DNA from: Escherichia coli
Lineage (GTDB): Bacteria; Pseudomonadota; Gammaproteobacteria; Enterobacterales; Enterobacteriaceae
Direction: 5' to 3' (one strand)
Length of the DNA: 64,000 nt
NCBI RefSeq assembly: GCF_036507355.1
Contig: NZ_AP027877.1
The notes beneath the pieces were generated by a model, which saw nothing but the letters and a program-made list of their open reading frames with translations, did not search any database and was not told the origin of the DNA. Shown here piece after piece: positions 26,774 through 43,482 of this stretch; within the stretch, counting starts at the first letter, position 1, and every line of letters starts with the position of its first letter. A program made the translations under genes and the position numbers.

Positions 26774-27733
26774 TTACGCGTAACCGTAGCTCATCAGGCG
26801 CTGATAACGACGATTTTTTAAATCTTCAGTGCTTAACACGTCGAGATCGGCCAGATCCGCCAGCAGTTGCGCTTTCAACGATGCCGCCATCGCTTCCGGG
26901 TTACGGTGAGCGCCGCCCAGCGGTTCCGGGATGATGGAGTCGATCAGTTTCAGCTCTTTCAGACGCGGAGCGATGATACCCATCGCTTCAGCCGCCAGCG
27001 GCGCTTTGTCGGCGCTCTTCCACAGAATGGACGCACAACCTTCCGGCGAGATAACGGAATAGGTGCTGTATTGCAGCATATTCACTTTATCGCCCACGCC
27101 AATCGCCAGCGCACCGCCAGAACCACCTTCACCGATAACCGTACAAACTACCGGTACACCGAGGCGAGACATTTCACGCAGGTTGCGTGCAATAGCTTCA
27201 GACTGACCGCGTTCTTCTGCGCCCACGCCCGGATAAGCCCCCGGGGTGTCGATAAAGGTGATGATTGGCATCTTAAAGCGTTCAGCCATTTGCATCAGGC
27301 GCAGAGCTTTGCGGTAACCTTCTGGTGCTGGCATACCAAAGTTACGGCGAATTTTTTCTTTGGTTTCACGACCTTTTTGATGACCAATGATCATCACCGG
27401 ACGACCATCGAGACGGGCGATACCACCGACGATAGCTTTATCGTCTGCATACGCGCGGTCGCCAGCCAGTTCGTCAAATTCATCAAATGCCAGGCGAACG
27501 TAATCCAGGGTATAAGGACGCTGTGGATGGCGTGCCAGTTGCGCAATCTGCCATGCACCGAGATCGGCGAAGATTTTACGCGTCAGTTCTACGCTTTTTT
27601 CACGCAGACGATGCACTTCTTCATCGATGTTAATATCCAGTTTCTCATCCTGACGGCTAACCGCAGTCAGAGAATCGATTTTCGCTTCCAGCTCTGCAAT
27701 CGGCTGTTCAAAATCAAGGAAATTCAGACTCAT
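26774..27733 (-). CDS. accA: acetyl-CoA carboxylase carboxyltransferase alpha subunit
   Basis: 319-aa [25 protein letters not shown]..., ATG start. Confidence 0.96.
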   Translation of the reverse strand: MSLNFLDFEQPIAELEAKIDSLTAVSRQDEKLDINIDEEVHRLREKSVELTRKIFADLGAWQIAQLARHPQRPYTLDYVRLAFDEFDELAGDRAYADDKAIVGGIARLDGRPVMIIGHQKGRETKEKIRRNFGMPAPEGYRKALRLMQMAERFKMPIITFIDTPGAYPGVGAEERGQSEAIARNLREMSRLGVPVVCTVIGEGGSGGALAIGVGDKVNMLQYSTYSVISPEGCASILWKSADKAPLAAEAMGIIAPRLKELKLIDSIIPEPLGGAHRNPEAMAASLKAQLLADLADLDVLSTEDLKNRRYQRLMSYGYA

Positions 27734-27745
27734 AGTATTCCTGTA

Positions 27746-30700
27746 TTAGTCAAACTCCAGTTCCACCTGCTCCGAACCAATGAGGCCACGGAGATCGTTT
27801 AATAAACGATCGCTCGGAGAGACACGCCACGTCGCGCCAAAACGCAACCGCGCGCGTGCATCCGCCCTCTGATAGTAGAGATGTACTGGAATTGTCCCAG
27901 AGCGGTGGGGTTCCAGAGACTGACGGAGTCGGTTTAAAAGCTGGTCATCAATTTGCCTGTCCGTCAGCGAGATAGCAAGCCCGCGAGCATATTTTTCCCG
28001 GGCTTCGTCAATATCCATCACTTCGCGAGCGGTCATTTTAAGCCCACCGCTGAAGTCATCAAAGCTGACCTGTCCGCTGACGATAAGTATGCGGTCTTTT
28101 TCCAGCAATTGCTGGTATTTATCCAGGGCGTCAGTAAACAACATCACTTCCAGCCGCCCGGAACGGTCATCCAGCGTGCAGATACCGATACGATTGCCGC
28201 GCTTGGTGACCATAACCCGCGCGGCAACAACGAGCCCCGCAGCCGTGATGACTTTACCACGTTCTGTCGGGTGCATGTCTTTCAGCCTTACGCCTCCGAC
28301 ATAACGCTCAATCTCTTTTAAATACTGGTTGATAGGGTGTCCGGTCAGGTACAGGCCTAACGTTTCACGTTCCCCATCTAATACCACCTGCTCCGGCCAC
28401 GGTTGGCAGCTGGCGTAGGATTGTTCAATTTGTTCCGGTTCTTCGGCCAGCACGCCGAACATATCGGCCTGACCGATAGCTTCCGCTTTCGCGTGTTGAT
28501 CTGCCGCTTTTAACGCATCACCCAGCGAGTTCATCAGCGCCGCGCGGTGTGGCCCAAGACGGTCAAACGCCCCGGACATGATCAGTTTTTCCAGCACCCG
28601 CCGGTTTAACTTTTTGGTGTCGGTTCGGGCGCAGAGATCAAACAGTTCGCGGAAGTAGCCGCCTTTATTACGGGCTTCGATGATCGCCTCAATCGGACCT
28701 TCACCGACCCCTTTGATCGCGCCAATACCATACACGATTTCGCCGTCGTCGTTGACGTGGAAATGGTAAAGACCGGAGTTTATATCTGGTGGCAGGATTT
28801 TCAGCCCCATCCGCCAGCACTCATCCACCAGGCCCACCACCTTCTCGGTGTTGTCCATATCGGCGGTCATTACCGCCGCCATAAACTCTGCCGGATAGTG
28901 CGCTTTCAGCCATAATGTTTGATATGACACCAAAGCATAGGCCGCAGAGTGCGATTTGTTAAATCCGTAACCAGCGAATTTCTCCACCAGGTCGAAGATT
29001 TTCATCGCCAGTTCGGCGTTGATTCCGTTCTTTTCTGCACCTTCAGCAAATACAGAACGTTGCTTAGCCATCTCTTCCGGCTTTTTCTTACCCATCGCAC
29101 GACGCAGCATATCCGCGCCACCGAGGGTATAACCAGAAAGCACCTGGGCAATCTGCATGACCTGTTCCTGATACAGGATGATGCCGTAGGTTGGCTCCAG
29201 TACCGGTTTCAGGCTTTCATGCTGCCACTGTACGTCCGGATAGGAGATCTCTTCGCGACCATGTTTACGGTCGATAAAGTTATCCACCATCCCTGACTGC
29301 AACGGACCAGGGCGGAACAGTGCCACCAGTGCGATCATATCTTCGAAGCAGTCAGGTTGCAGACGCTTGATCAGGTCCTTCATGCCGCGCGATTCAAGCT
29401 GGAATACCGCCGTGGTTTCCGAGCGTTGCAGCATGTCGAAGCTTTTCTTGTCATCCAGCGGGATCGCGGCGATATCCAGCGGCGGCTCGCCATTCTTCGC
29501 CCGCCGCTTGTTGATCATCTCCAGCGCCCAGTTGATGATGGTGAGCGTACGCAAACCAAGGAAGTCGAACTTCACCAGTCCGGCGTATTCAACGTCGCTT
29601 TTATCAAACTGGGTGACCGGATGTTTGCCCTCTTCATCGCAATAAAGCGGCGCAAAATCGGTAATTTTGGTCGGAGCGATAACCACCCCACCGGCGTGCT
29701 TACCGGCGTTACGGGTGACCCCTTCCAGTTTGCGCGCCATGTCGATCAGCGCCTTAACTTCTTCATCCGCTTCGTAGATTTCCGGCAGCTGCGGCTCGGC
29801 TTCAAACGCTTTCGCCAGCGTCATCCCCGGATCGGGCGGGATCAGTTTCGAGATACGATCGACAAAGCCGTACGGATGCCCCAGCACGCGGCCTACGTCG
29901 CGGATCACCGCTTTCGCCGCCATCGTACCGAAGGTGATAATCTGCGATACCGCATCACGACCGTACATGTCCGCTACGTGTTCGATAACCTGATCGCGTT
30001 TCTCCATACAGAAGTCAACGTCGAAGTCAGGCATGGAGACACGTTCCGGGTTAAGGAAACGTTCGAACAGCAGGTCAAATTCCAGCGGATCGAGGTCGGT
30101 GATTTTCAGCGCGTAGGCCACCAGTGAACCCGCACCGGAGCCACGGCCTGGCCCTACCGGTACGCCGTTATCTTTCGACCACTGGATAAATTCCATAACG
30201 ATAAGGAAGTAGCCCGGGAAGCCCATCTGGTTGATAACCTGAAGTTCAGTCTCCAGACGTTCGTCATATTCCGGGCGGCGCTTAACACGTTCTTCCTCAT
30301 CAGGGAATAAAAAGGCCAGACGCTCTTCCAGGCCCTCTTTTGCACGCTTGACCAGATAATCTTCGGTGCTCATGTCCCCGGTCGGGAACTGCGGCAGGAA
30401 GTATTCACCAAGACGCACAGTTACGTTACAGCGTTTGGCGATCTCAACGGTGTTGGCAAGGGCTTCTGGGATGTCGGCAAACAGCTCGCACATCTCCTCT
30501 TCGCTACGCATATATTGCTGCGGCGAATAGTTACGCGGGCGTTTAGGATCGTCGAGGGTAAAGCCGTCGTGGATCGCGACACGGATTTCGTGTGCATCAA
30601 AGTCGCTACTGTCGATAAAGCGCACATCATTGGTCGCCACGACGGGCAAACCGCGCGCTTCCGCCAGTTCCACCGCCGCGTGCAGATAGCTTTCTTCGTC

Positions 30701-31228
30701 CGGCCTGCCGGTGCGGATCAGCTCGAGAAAATAGCGATCCGGGAAGTGTTCTTCATAAAACGCGACACACTCATCTACCAGCGCGCTGTTACCACGCAAA
30801 AGACTGCGTCCGACGTCGCCCATGCGCCCGCCGGAAAGAAGGATCAACCCTTCGTTTAATTCGATAAGCCAGTCGCGATCGATGATCGGCCCGGCGGCAC
30901 CGTACCCGCGCTGATACGCTTTTGAGATCAGCAACGTCAGATTCTGATAGCCGGTATTGTTCGCCGCCAGTACCGTCAGGTGGGTTAACTCATCACCCAG
31001 CAGGTCGCACTGGACGTTAAAATCTGCCCCGACGATAGGCTTAATCCCTGCGCCATGTCCCGCTCCGTAGAACTTCACCAGACCGCAAAGGTTGGTGAAA
31101 TCGGTGATCGCCAGTGCTGGCATACCCAACGCCGCCGCCTTTTTTACCAGCGGTGCGGTTTTGGCCAGGCCATCGATCATCGAGTAGTCGCTGTGCACCC
31201 GCAGGTGTACGAAACGTGGTTCAGACAT
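27746..31228 (-). CDS. dnaE: DNA polymerase III alpha subunit
   Basis: 1160-aa [26 protein letters not shown]... (PHP domain N-terminus). Confidence 0.97.
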   Translation of the reverse strand: MSEPRFVHLRVHSDYSMIDGLAKTAPLVKKAAALGMPALAITDFTNLCGLVKFYGAGHGAGIKPIVGADFNVQCDLLGDELTHLTVLAANNTGYQNLTLLISKAYQRGYGAAGPIIDRDWLIELNEGLILLSGGRMGDVGRSLLRGNSALVDECVAFYEEHFPDRYFLELIRTGRPDEESYLHAAVELAEARGLPVVATNDVRFIDSSDFDAHEIRVAIHDGFTLDDPKRPRNYSPQQYMRSEEEMCELFADIPEALANTVEIAKRCNVTVRLGEYFLPQFPTGDMSTEDYLVKRAKEGLEERLAFLFPDEEERVKRRPEYDERLETELQVINQMGFPGYFLIVMEFIQWSKDNGVPVGPGRGSGAGSLVAYALKITDLDPLEFDLLFERFLNPERVSMPDFDVDFCMEKRDQVIEHVADMYGRDAVSQIITFGTMAAKAVIRDVGRVLGHPYGFVDRISKLIPPDPGMTLAKAFEAEPQLPEIYEADEEVKALIDMARKLEGVTRNAGKHAGGVVIAPTKITDFAPLYCDEEGKHPVTQFDKSDVEYAGLVKFDFLGLRTLTIINWALEMINKRRAKNGEPPLDIAAIPLDDKKSFDMLQRSETTAVFQLESRGMKDLIKRLQPDCFEDMIALVALFRPGPLQSGMVDNFIDRKHGREEISYPDVQWQHESLKPVLEPTYGIILYQEQVMQIAQVLSGYTLGGADMLRRAMGKKKPEEMAKQRSVFAEGAEKNGINAELAMKIFDLVEKFAGYGFNKSHSAAYALVSYQTLWLKAHYPAEFMAAVMTADMDNTEKVVGLVDECWRMGLKILPPDINSGLYHFHVNDDGEIVYGIGAIKGVGEGPIEAIIEARNKGGYFRELFDLCARTDTKKLNRRVLEKLIMSGAFDRLGPHRAALMNSLGDALKAADQHAKAEAIGQADMFGVLAEEPEQIEQSYASCQPWPEQVVLDGERETLGLYLTGHPINQYLKEIERYVGGVRLKDMHPTERGKVITAAGLVVAARVMVTKRGNRIGICTLDDRSGRLEVMLFTDALDKYQQLLEKDRILIVSGQVSFDDFSGGLKMTAREVMDIDEAREKYARGLAISLTDRQIDDQLLNRLRQSLEPHRSGTIPVHLYYQRADARARLRFGATWRVSPSDRLLNDLRGLIGSEQVELEFD

Positions 31229-31264
31229 CTTCAGATTCCGGTTTACTTAATCTCGACACAAGAA

Positions 31265-31861
31265 TCAGGACGCAAGTCCCAGTGCGCGTTTGACAGGCCC
31301 AAAGCTGCGCCGATGATGTTCGGTCGCGCCGTGTTCAGCCAGTTTTTCCAGATGAAAAGCGGTTGGATACCCTTTGTGTTGGGCAAAACCATATTGCGGG
31401 AAAACAATATCCAGCGCCGCCATTTCGGCGTCGCGCGTCACTTTCGCCAGGATAGACGCGGCACTGATTTCCGGTACGCGGCTATCGCCTTTCACCACTG
31501 CCATCGAAGGCATCGGTAATTTCGGGCAGCGGTTACCATCAATCAACACATATTCCGGCGCAATATGCAGCCCAGCGACGGCACGCTGCATCGCCAGCAT
31601 GGTCGCATGAAGAATGTTCAGCTCGTCGATTTCGTGGGGTTCCGCGCGGCCCAGACTCCAGCTCAACGCTTTCTCTTTGATCTCTTCGCAGAGCGCCAGA
31701 CGGCGTTTTTCGCTCAGCTTTTTGGAATCATTCAGCCCGGCAATCGGGCGCGCCGGGTCGAGGATCACCGCAGCGGTGACGACCGCGCCAACTAACGGCC
31801 CGCGTCCGACTTCATCCACACCCGCAACCAGCTGCGTGTGCGGATAAACAAATTCGATCAT
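31265..31861 (-). CDS. rnhB: ribonuclease HII
   Basis: 198-aa ORF; motif [11 protein letters not shown]. Confidence 0.95.
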
Positions 31862-33006
31862 TGTGCTAACTCCAGAACGGCTTGTGCCGCCTGCTCATCG
31901 GCATTGCAGCGGATCTGCTGATGCAGTTCACGGAAGGTATCGTGCATCGCGTGGCTGGTTTTCCCGTTCGCCAACAGCGGTAACAGCGCCGCAGCCAGTT
32001 TTTGCGGCTCACACTCTTCCTGCAATAACTCTTTGACTAACTCTCTGCCCGCCAGCAGATTTGGCAGCGAGACATAATCAGTTTTCACCAGCCGCTTCGC
32101 CAACCAGAAGGTAAAAGGCTTCATGCGATATCCCACCACCATCGGGCATTTCGCCAGCATACACTCCAGGGCTGCCGTCCCCGACGCCAGTAGTGCCGCA
32201 TCGCTGGCGACCATCGCCTCACGGCCCATTCCATCCAGCAAATGAACCGATAGGTCTGGCGCGACTGCAGCTTTGATGCGTTCAAACTGCTCGCGGCGTT
32301 TGGCATTCACCAGTGGCACCACGATTTCGAGATCCGGATATGTCTGGCGCAAAAGCTGGGCCGTTTTCAGGAAATCGGCACTAAGCATTTCGACTTCTGC
32401 ACCACGGCTGCCCGGCAACAATGCCAGACAGTGGGCATCGTAAGGGATCCCCAGCACATCACGGGCACTATTTTTATCTGGATCTAATGGCATGGCATCA
32501 GCCATGGTATGACCGATAAAGCGGCACGGTACGTTGTATTTGTCATAAAACGCTTTTTCGAAAGGCAGAAATGCGAGCACCAGATCGGTGGCTCTGCCTA
32601 TTTTGAAAACGCGTTTCTGTCGCCACGCCCAGACGGACGGACTGACATAATGAATGGTTTTGATACCCTGCTTTTTAAGGTTACCTTCGAGGGTAATATT
32701 GAAGTCAGGCGCATCAATGCCAACAAAAACATCTGGCTTTAGTTCACCAAAACGCTTTGTCAGATCGGCACGAATATGCAGTAAGCGACGCAGACGACCG
32801 AGCACTTCAACAATGCCCATCACCGCCAACTCTTCCATTTCGTACCAGGCTTCGCAGCCTTCAGCCTGCATTCGTGGCCCGGCAACACCAACAAAGCGGG
32901 CGTTGGGCACACGTTCTTTCAGAGCGCGGATTAAACCGGCCCCCAGGATATCGCCGGAGGTTTCTCCGGCGACCAGGGCAATCGTTAATGGACGCTGTTC
33001 AGTCAT
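31858..33006 (-). CDS. lpxB: lipid-A-disaccharide synthase
   Basis: 382-aa ORF; 4-bp overlap with rnhB. Confidence 0.95.
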
Positions 33007-33794
33007 TAACGAATCAGACCGCGCGTTGAGCGTGCAAAGAAATCGGTAAAGGCTTTCACTTCCGGATATGTTTCCGCCAGTTCAGCAATTTCCGGTTTCA
33101 CTTCATCGAGCGTTTTACCGCTACGATAAATTAGCTTATACGCATTGCGGATAGCGGTAATCGCCTCACGGCTGAATCCGCGGCGCTTCAGCCCTTCGAT
33201 ATTGACACCGAACGGCGTGGCGTGGTTACCCTGCGCAATGACATAAGGAGGGACGTCCTGCGCCACACCGGAGCAGCCGCCAACCATCACATGCGCACCA
33301 ATGATGCAGAACTGATGGACTGCGGTCATGCCGCCGATGATCGCGAAGTCGTCAACCGATACGTGACCCGCCAGCGTTGCGTTGTTGGCGAGAATACAGC
33401 GGTTACCTACCGTACAATCGTGCGCAATGTGCGCGTTGATCATCAGTAAGTTGTCGCTGCCCACCTTCGTCAATCCACCGCCCTGGACTGTGCCACGATG
33501 AATGGTGACGCTTTCGCGAATGCGGTTACGATCGCCGATTTCCACGCGGGTTGGTTCGCCAGCATATTTCAGATCCTGGTTAACTTCGCCGATGGAGGCG
33601 AACTGATAAATCTCATTATCGCGGCCAATTTTAGTATGACCATTCACGACAACGTGAGATTTCAGTACGGTACCCTCACCAATTTCGACATGGGGTCCAA
33701 CGATACAAAAAGGACCAATGTGTGCGTTTGCGCCAATCGACGCGCCCTCTTCCACAATGGCGGTTGGATGCACAAAGGCGGATTTATCAATCAC
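33006..33794 (-). CDS. lpxA: UDP-N-acetylglucosamine acyltransferase
   Basis: 262-aa [24 protein letters not shown]...; hexapeptide repeats; start codon appears to be GTG. Confidence 0.95.
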
Positions 33795-33797
33795 GTA

Positions 33798-34253
33798 TCA
33801 GGCCTCCCGGCTACGAGCACACATCATCGTTGCTTCGCAAACTACTTTACCGTCGACCAGAGCAACCCCTTTAAAACGGGTCAGGCCGCGGCGCGTTTTT
33901 TCGAAAGTGACTTCCATGATCATTTGATCGCCAGGCACGACCGGGCGCTTGAAGCGCGCTTCGTCAATACCAGCGAAATAGTACAGCTCACCCGGTTCCA
34001 GTTTTCCTACGCTTTTAAACGCCAGAATACCTGTTGCCTGTGCCATTGCTTCCAGAATCAGCACACCCGGGAAAATCGGTTTTCCAGGGAAATGGCCCTG
34101 GAAGAATGGCTCATTGACAGAGACATTTTTTACTGCGCGCAGAAAACGACCTTCTTCAAAATCCAGCACGCGATCCACCAGTAAGAACGGGAAACGGTGC
34201 GGCAGAAGTTCTAAAATCTCTTCAATCTGCAGAGTATGAGTGTTAGTAGTCAA
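33798..34253 (-). CDS. fabZ: 3-hydroxyacyl-ACP dehydratase FabZ
   Basis: 151-aa protein from TTG start ([29 protein letters not shown]...); ORF track extends further upstream. Confidence 0.9.
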
Positions 34254-34357
34254 GATACTCTTCCTGTCAAAATATAAGAAACGACAATAATAACACGGCC
34301 TGCCGCAATCGTAAGAATGAGACAGGCCGTAAAGTTTGGCGAACAAAAGATGGAACG

Positions 34358-35383
34358 TTAGTCTTGTTGATTAACCTTGCGCTCAAGCGATTTCAGACGC
34401 TTGCTCATGTCATCAATGTTCATCACCAGTGCAGCGGTTTTGCGCCAGACTTTGTTGGGTTGCAGCGGAATGCCTGAGGAATAGACGCCTGGTTCAGTGA
34501 TGGGACGCATCACCATACCCATGCCCGTAACCGTCACTTTGTCGCATATTTCCATATGCCCGTTGATTACGCTGGCTCCGCCGATCATGCAGTAACGACC
34601 AATTTTCAGGCTGCCCGCCATAATGACGCCACCGGCAACCGCCGTATTGTCGCCAATCACGACGTTATGTGCAATCTGGCACTGGTTATCAATGATCACG
34701 CCATTGCCAATAACAGTGTCATCCAGCGCGCCGCGATCGATGGTAGTGCAGGCACCGATCTCCACGCGATCGCCAATAATTACGCGACCAATCTGTGGGA
34801 TCTTCACCCAGTTACCACGATCGTTGGCATAACCAAAGCCGTCTGCGCCTACCACTGTTCCGGACTGGATCAGGCAATTCTGACCGATCTGGATCTCATG
34901 GTAAATGGTTACGTTCGCCCAGAGACGCGAACCTGCACCGATTTTGCTGTTTTTACCTACGAAGCAACCGGCACCGATAATCACGTTATCGCCCAGTTCA
35001 ACGCCGGATTCAATCACCGCGTTAGCGCCAATCGATACGTTGTTACCCAGCTTCGCCGTCGCGTCGATCACCGCACTGGGTGCAATGTTCTGCGCGGGCT
35101 GCGGCGTGGTATCTAAAATTTGCGCCATGCGCGCGTAAGTCAGGTAGGGATTCTTCACTACCAGCGCGGCACTTTTCGCGAAAGGAAGATCGTCCTGGGT
35201 CATGACAACCGCGGACGCCTGGCACAAGCCTAAATGCTCACGGTATTTTGGGTTAACCATGAACGTAATGTGACCTGTTTGTGCAGATTGCATGGACGCA
35301 ACGCCGGTGATGACGATATCGCCATCACCGTGTAGTTCTGCATCCAACTGCTGCGCTAAATCAGCCAGTCGAATTGAAGGCAT
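34358..35383 (-). CDS. lpxD: UDP-3-O-(3-hydroxymyristoyl)glucosamine N-acyltransferase
   Basis: 341-aa [24 protein letters not shown]...; hexapeptide repeats. Confidence 0.95.
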
Positions 35384-35386
35384 TAC

Positions 35387-35872
35387 TTATTTAACCTGTT
35401 TCAGTACGTCGGCAGTGATGTCTTTTACATCGCTGCTGTTGTAAGCAACGGCGTTTGCATCAACAACCAGATCGATATCCTGGCTGTTGGCAACGGATTT
35501 CACAGCAGTCTGGATACGAGTAACCAGTTTGCCGCGTTCTTCGTTGGAACGACGTGCACGATCCTGCTCAAAAGCCTGCGCTTTCTGAGCAAAAGTCTGG
35601 CGCTGAGCCATCACGTCTTTTTCCAGCTTAGTGCGATCGCTGCCCGCTTTCATGGACTGCAGCTTTTTCATTTTAGCCTGCAGATCGGTTTCCATACGCT
35701 GCAGTTCGCTGGCACGGCCTTTGAACTCATTTTCCAGCGTGTTAGAAACACCGGTTTTCTGCGCTACCTGCTGGAACAGGCTGCCCATGTTGACGATTGC
35801 AATTTTGTCAGCCGCCTGAGCAGATGTTGCCAGTGCTAAACCGAGACCTGCAGCTAATAACCACTTTTTCAC
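35387..35872 (-). CDS. skp: periplasmic chaperone Skp (OmpH)
   Basis: 161-aa ORF with signal peptide and coiled-coil-rich basic sequence. Confidence 0.95.
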   Translation of the reverse strand: MKKWLLAAGLGLALATSAQAADKIAIVNMGSLFQQVAQKTGVSNTLENEFKGRASELQRMETDLQAKMKKLQSMKAGSDRTKLEKDVMAQRQTFAQKAQAFEQDRARRSNEERGKLVTRIQTAVKSVANSQDIDLVVDANAVAYNSSDVKDITADVLKQVK

Positions 35873-35993
35873 AATAAACTCCTTACCATCCCATTTGCAC
35901 CGGAGGGTGCAGTTCTTTGCGTGGCCCGGCGATCTTATATTGATCGCCTAAAGTCATCGCTACACTACCACTACATTCCTTTGTGGAGAACAC

Positions 35994-38444
<2,451 letters not shown>

Positions 38445-38455
38445 CTAACTAACTC

Positions 38456-39808
38456 TCATAACCGAGAGAAATCATTGAAAAGTGCAAGCCCCATTAACAG
38501 CACCAGCAAAATCGAGCCAATGCGATAACAAAAGTCTTGAACCCGCTCGGATACCGGTCCGCCCTTGATCTTTTCGATCGCAAGGAACAGCAGATGCCCC
38601 CCGTCAAGTACGGGCAACGGAAACAGGTTAATTATCCCTAAGTTCACGCTAATAAGCGCAAGAAACGGCAGGTAATAAACAACCCCGAGTTCCGCTGTCA
38701 TCCCAGCCCCCTTGGCGATAGAGATCGGCCCACTGAGGTTGTTCAGTTTCACATCACCGGTGATCAATTTTCCCAGCATACTGACCGTCAGCTTCATCAG
38801 CTGCCACGTTTTGTCCGTGGCTTCGACGATGGCGTTGAACGGCCCATACTGGCGTACAACTTTATACTCATCTGGCAAAGGAATGACTTTCGGCTCAATA
38901 CCGACAAAACCAATCGCTTTACCATTACCCGGTTTACTCTCCGGGATTAATGTCAAAGACAAGGGACTCCCCTGCCTTTCGATTTCTAACGCTAAGGATT
39001 TACCCGGGTTATCCCGGACAAGCATCACAAAGGTCACCCACTGCGTTAAGGGCTGACCATCGACTTTAACGATCCTGTCGCCTGCTTGCAAACCTGCCTT
39101 GCTTGCCGCCGAGTTTGGCTGCACATTTTCCAGTACAGGTTCAATTTGCGGCCCACGAGGACGAATCCCCAACGAAGATACCGGATCTTCTTTATCGGGC
39201 TCAAACGCCCAGTGACGTAAATCAAGCTTTACATCCCGCCGTTGGTCGCTGCCAAATGGCGCTACCGTAATGGTGGTGCTTTCATCGCCAATTTTATCGA
39301 CCAACTGCAAACGCACGGCATCCCAATCAGGCGTTTCGATACCATCTACGGCTTTTAGTTCCGTACCTGGTGCAATTTGTGCTTCCGCAGCTATCGAATT
39401 GGCTGCTATTTCGCCAACCACCGGACGTACGCCAGGCACACCAATAATAAAAACCAGCCAGTAGGCAAAGATAGCAAAAATGAAGTTTGCAACCGGACCT
39501 GCGGCAATAATCGCCGCTCGTTGGCCGACAGATTTATTATTGAAGGCATGGTGGCGGAGTTCCGGAACGACCGGTTCTGCGCGCTCATCCAGCATTTTGA
39601 CATAACCGCCCAACGGGATCAGGGCGATAACATATTCGGTGCCGAGCTTATCAGTTCGCCGCCAGAGCGCCTTACCAAACCCTATTGAGAAACGCTCAAC
39701 GCGAACACCACAACGCCGGGCTACCCAGAAATGACCAAATTCATGCACGGTGATAAGTACACCCAGTGCAACGATGAACGAAGCCAAATCCCAGAGAAAA
39801 CTCAGCAT
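38456..39808 (-). CDS. rseP: regulator of sigma-E protease RseP (site-2 zinc metalloprotease)
   Basis: 450-aa protein from [11 protein letters not shown]...; HEFGH zinc motif; ORF track begins 15 codons upstream. Confidence 0.93.
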
Positions 39809-39819
39809 ATTACCTTCCG

Positions 39820-40677
39820 TTAAAGCGTCCTGAATACCAGTAACAACAAGCAAGCAAAGACCGGTACCGCAGCCGTCAGGCTATCAATACGATCTAAAAT
39901 ACCACCGTGTCCTGGAATTAAATGACCGCTGTCCTTAATTCCTGCTTCACGCTTAAACATACTCTCGGTCAGATCGCCGAGCACTGAGGCTAACGCTGCG
40001 ACAATAGAGCAAATGAGTAAGGTGACGGGAGCGACGTCGAGATTCGCCCACATGCCATAACCCCATGAGATTACTGCTGCGGTCGCGAGTCCACCTATAA
40101 AGCCTTGCCAGGTTTTACCCGGAGAAACCTTCGGTGCCAGCTTATGTTTACCAAACAATTTGCCAAACATATATGCGCCGGAGTCAGCGCCCCATACCAG
40201 GATCATGACATAGAGCAGCCATATTGCGCCACTGTAATGATTCTCGTCATAGTGCCAGGCCCGTAACGCCAGCATGCCCCAGAAGAAGGGAACAATGGTT
40301 AGCACGCCAAAAATAAGGCGCAATGTTTTAGAGTTACGCCAGATTGCTGCGGAACCTGGGTAAAACAGCACCAGCAATAGCGCGACAATCCACCAACCCA
40401 GCGAAGCCCAAAGTGAGATTTCAACCAGCGGTTGATGAATATTTCGGTGATATTCCGGCAACAGAAAAAGCATCAGCGCCAACAATAACCCGCATAACAC
40501 CGCCAACCATACTCGCTGCGAACGAGTGGTAAAACCGCTAAGCTGTCCCCATTCCCACGCTGCCAGCATGCAGACTACCAGCGTTACAATGGCGAACCCC
40601 ACCGGCGGCAACAGAAACAACGCCGCGATGACGACGGGTATTAACACAAAAGCAGATATCAGGCGATACTTCAGCAA
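39820..40677 (-). CDS. cdsA: CDP-diglyceride synthetase (phosphatidate cytidylyltransferase)
   Basis: 285-aa polytopic membrane [24 protein letters not shown]... Confidence 0.93.
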
Positions 40678-40689
40678 AAGCGACCCCCA

Positions 40690-41451
40690 TCAGGCTGTTT
40701 CATCACCGGGCTCGGTGCCGCCGAAACGACGCTCTCGATTAGCAAAGGCATTTAACGCCCCTTCAAAGTCTTGTTCATCGAAATCGGGCCAGAGAACATC
40801 TGTAAAGTAAAGTTCGGCATAGGCAATTTGCCAAAGCAAAAAGTTACTAATGCGATGCTCCCCCCCAGTCCTAATTACTAAATCTACAGGGGCCAGTTCA
40901 TGCATACAGACATGCTGGTTTAGCATCTCTTCATCTATCTGATCTGGTTGCAGGTTTCCTTGCTGCACCTTTTCAGCCAGTTGCCTGACTCCCTGGACTA
41001 TATCCCAACGTCCACCGTAGTTCGCCGCAATATTCAGCGTCAGACCGGTATTCCCGGCTGTTAGCGCTTCAGATTTACGAATACGTTCTTGCAAACGCGA
41101 GTTAAAGCGACTGGTATCGCCAATAATACGCAGACGCACGTTATGTCGGTGCAGACTTTTTACTTCGCTATCGAGCGCCCACACAAACAGTTCCATTAAC
41201 GCACTGACTTCCTGCGCTGGTCGGTTCCAGTTTTCACTACTAAAGGCATACAGCGTTAACGCCTCAATACCGTTGTTGGCCGCAAAAGAGACAGCCCGGC
41301 GGACGGATTTTGCCCCGGCTTTATGCCCAAAGGCACGAATCTTCCCTTGCTTTTTTGCCCAGCGACCATTGCCGTCCATAATGATCGCAACATGACGGCA
41401 GCCATGCGCTGGCAATTTTTCGCTAAGTGGTTGAGTAGCAGACAACATCAC
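40690..41451 (-). CDS. uppS: undecaprenyl pyrophosphate synthase
   Basis: 253-aa ORF; cis-prenyltransferase motif HVAIIMDGNGRWA. Confidence 0.95.
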   Translation of the reverse strand: MMLSATQPLSEKLPAHGCRHVAIIMDGNGRWAKKQGKIRAFGHKAGAKSVRRAVSFAANNGIEALTLYAFSSENWNRPAQEVSALMELFVWALDSEVKSLHRHNVRLRIIGDTSRFNSRLQERIRKSEALTAGNTGLTLNIAANYGGRWDIVQGVRQLAEKVQQGNLQPDQIDEEMLNQHVCMHELAPVDLVIRTGGEHRISNFLLWQIAYAELYFTDVLWPDFDEQDFEGALNAFANRERRFGGTEPGDETA

Positions 41452-41636
41452 GCGTTTTTTATTCCCTGACAGGGTTTACGGTACTCAGGAATACTGAAGC
41501 CTATACAAAAAAAAGCCGTGTAAAACCACGGCATACCTGACCTTATAAAGCCAACTACTTACGATCAGATGGCGCAGACTATATCACTGAAGCCCTACGC
41601 TAACAAATAGCGCGACTCTCTGTAGCCGGATTATCC

Positions 41637-42833
41637 TCAGCTTGCGAGACGCATCACCTCTTTTCTGGCGACTTCACGCGCGTTCGCATCAACAGATAAC
41701 ACATCGTCCACACATTGTGGTTCGCGCATATCCATTTTTTCCAGTACGGATAAATTCAACGCAGCGATATCCGTAAAGCGGATTTGTTGCGCAAGAAAAG
41801 CAGCAACGGTGATTTCGTTTGCGGCATTCAATGCTGTCGTCGCTGCCTGGCCTTGTTCGAACGCCTCCATCGCCAGTTTCAGGCATGGATAACGATCATA
41901 ATCCGGTGCGGCAAATGTCAACGCACTTAGTTTGCAAAAATCGAGCGGCTTCACGCCAGAGTTCACGCGATTCGGCCATGCCATGGTGTGGGCAATTGGC
42001 GTACGCATATCCGGTTCCCCCAGCTGCGCCAGAACACTGCCGTCCTGATAGCGCACCATTGAGTGAATCACTGACTGCGGGTGAATCAGCACTTCCATCT
42101 GGCTGGCGCTGGCGTTAAACAGCCAACGCGCTTCAATGTATTCCAGACCTTTGTTCATCATGGTAGCCGAATCGACAGAAATTTTACGTCCCATCGACCA
42201 GTTCGGATGACGGCAGGCTTGATCGGGCGTCATTGTTGCCAAATCGCGCAATGGCGTCTCACGGAAAGGGCCACCAGACCCGGTAAGTAAAATGGACACC
42301 ACGCCATTTTGCTCAAGGTCAGCGTATCCCAGATTATGCTGGATAGGTTGCGGTAAACTCTGAAAAATGGCGTTATGTTCGCTATCGACCGGTAACAATT
42401 GCGCTTTGCTCTGCTTTACGGCGTCCATAAACAGACGTCCGCAGGTAACCAGTGATTCTTTATTGGCCAGCAAAATGGTTTTACCCGCGCGGATCGCAGC
42501 AAGCGTAGGTAACAGCCCAGCAGCACCAACAATGGCTGCCATCACCTGATCAACCTCCTCAAGCGCTGCCATATCGCAAGCGGCTTGTTGCCCACTTAAG
42601 ACTTCGGTGCGGCTCCCCTGTTGCTGTAGCATCGTTTTAAGAAGTTTCGCACTCGCTTCATCGTCCATTACGGCATAGCGGGGAGAGAATTCCAGGCACT
42701 GTTCTACCATGCGAGTGACATTTTTGCCTGCCACCAGCGCAACTACGCGGAAGTGTTCGGGATTATGGCGCACCACGTCCAGCGTGCTGCAACCAATCGA
42801 GCCGGTCGAGCCCAGAATGGTGAGTTGCTTCAT
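41637..42833 (-). CDS. dxr: 1-deoxy-D-xylulose 5-phosphate reductoisomerase
   Basis: 398-aa [23 protein letters not shown]... Confidence 0.96.
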
Positions 42834-42858
42834 GAAACATCCAGAGTTGAGACAGAAT

Positions 42859-42910
42859 AAAAAGCAAAACGCCGCCAGCCGATCCGCAAGGATCTACTGA
42901 GCGGCGTTTT
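42859..42910 (-). terminator. rho-independent terminator after frr
   Basis: On minus strand: stem aacgccgc...gcggcgtt followed by ttgcttttt. Confidence 0.55.
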
Positions 42911-42924
42911 TGTCGTTCAAGAAA

Positions 42925-43482
42925 TCAGAACTGCATCAGTTCTGCTTCTTTGTCTGCCAGCGCCGCTTCAATTTTCTTGATTGCAGCATCAGTCAGTTTC
43001 TGTACATCGTCCTGAGAACGGCGATCGTCGTCTTCGCTGATCTCTTTATCTTTCAACAGTGCTTTCACTTTGTCGTTCGCGTCACGACGCACGTTACGTA
43101 CTGCAACACGCGCTTGTTCTGCTTCACCACGAACGATTTTGGTCAGATCTTTACGACGTTCTTCCGTCAGCGGCGGCAGCGGAACACGGATGTCGCTACC
43201 CGCAGAGTTCGGGTTCAGGCCAAGATCGGACGCCATAATCGCTTTTTCAACGGCCGGAGACATTGAACGATCAAACACGTTGATTTTCAGAGTACGGGAA
43301 TCTTCTACCGTTACGCTTGCCAGCTGACGCAGCGGCGTCGGCGTGCCGTAATATTCCACGACAATGCCATCCAGCAGGCTGGGAGAAGCACGACCCGTGC
43401 GTATTTTGCTGATTTGGGTTTTGAACGCTTCTACGCATTTGTCCATGCGTACTTCAGCATCTTTTCTGATATCGCTAATCAC
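42925..43482 (-). CDS. frr: ribosome recycling factor
   Basis: 185-aa [24 protein letters not shown]... Confidence 0.97.
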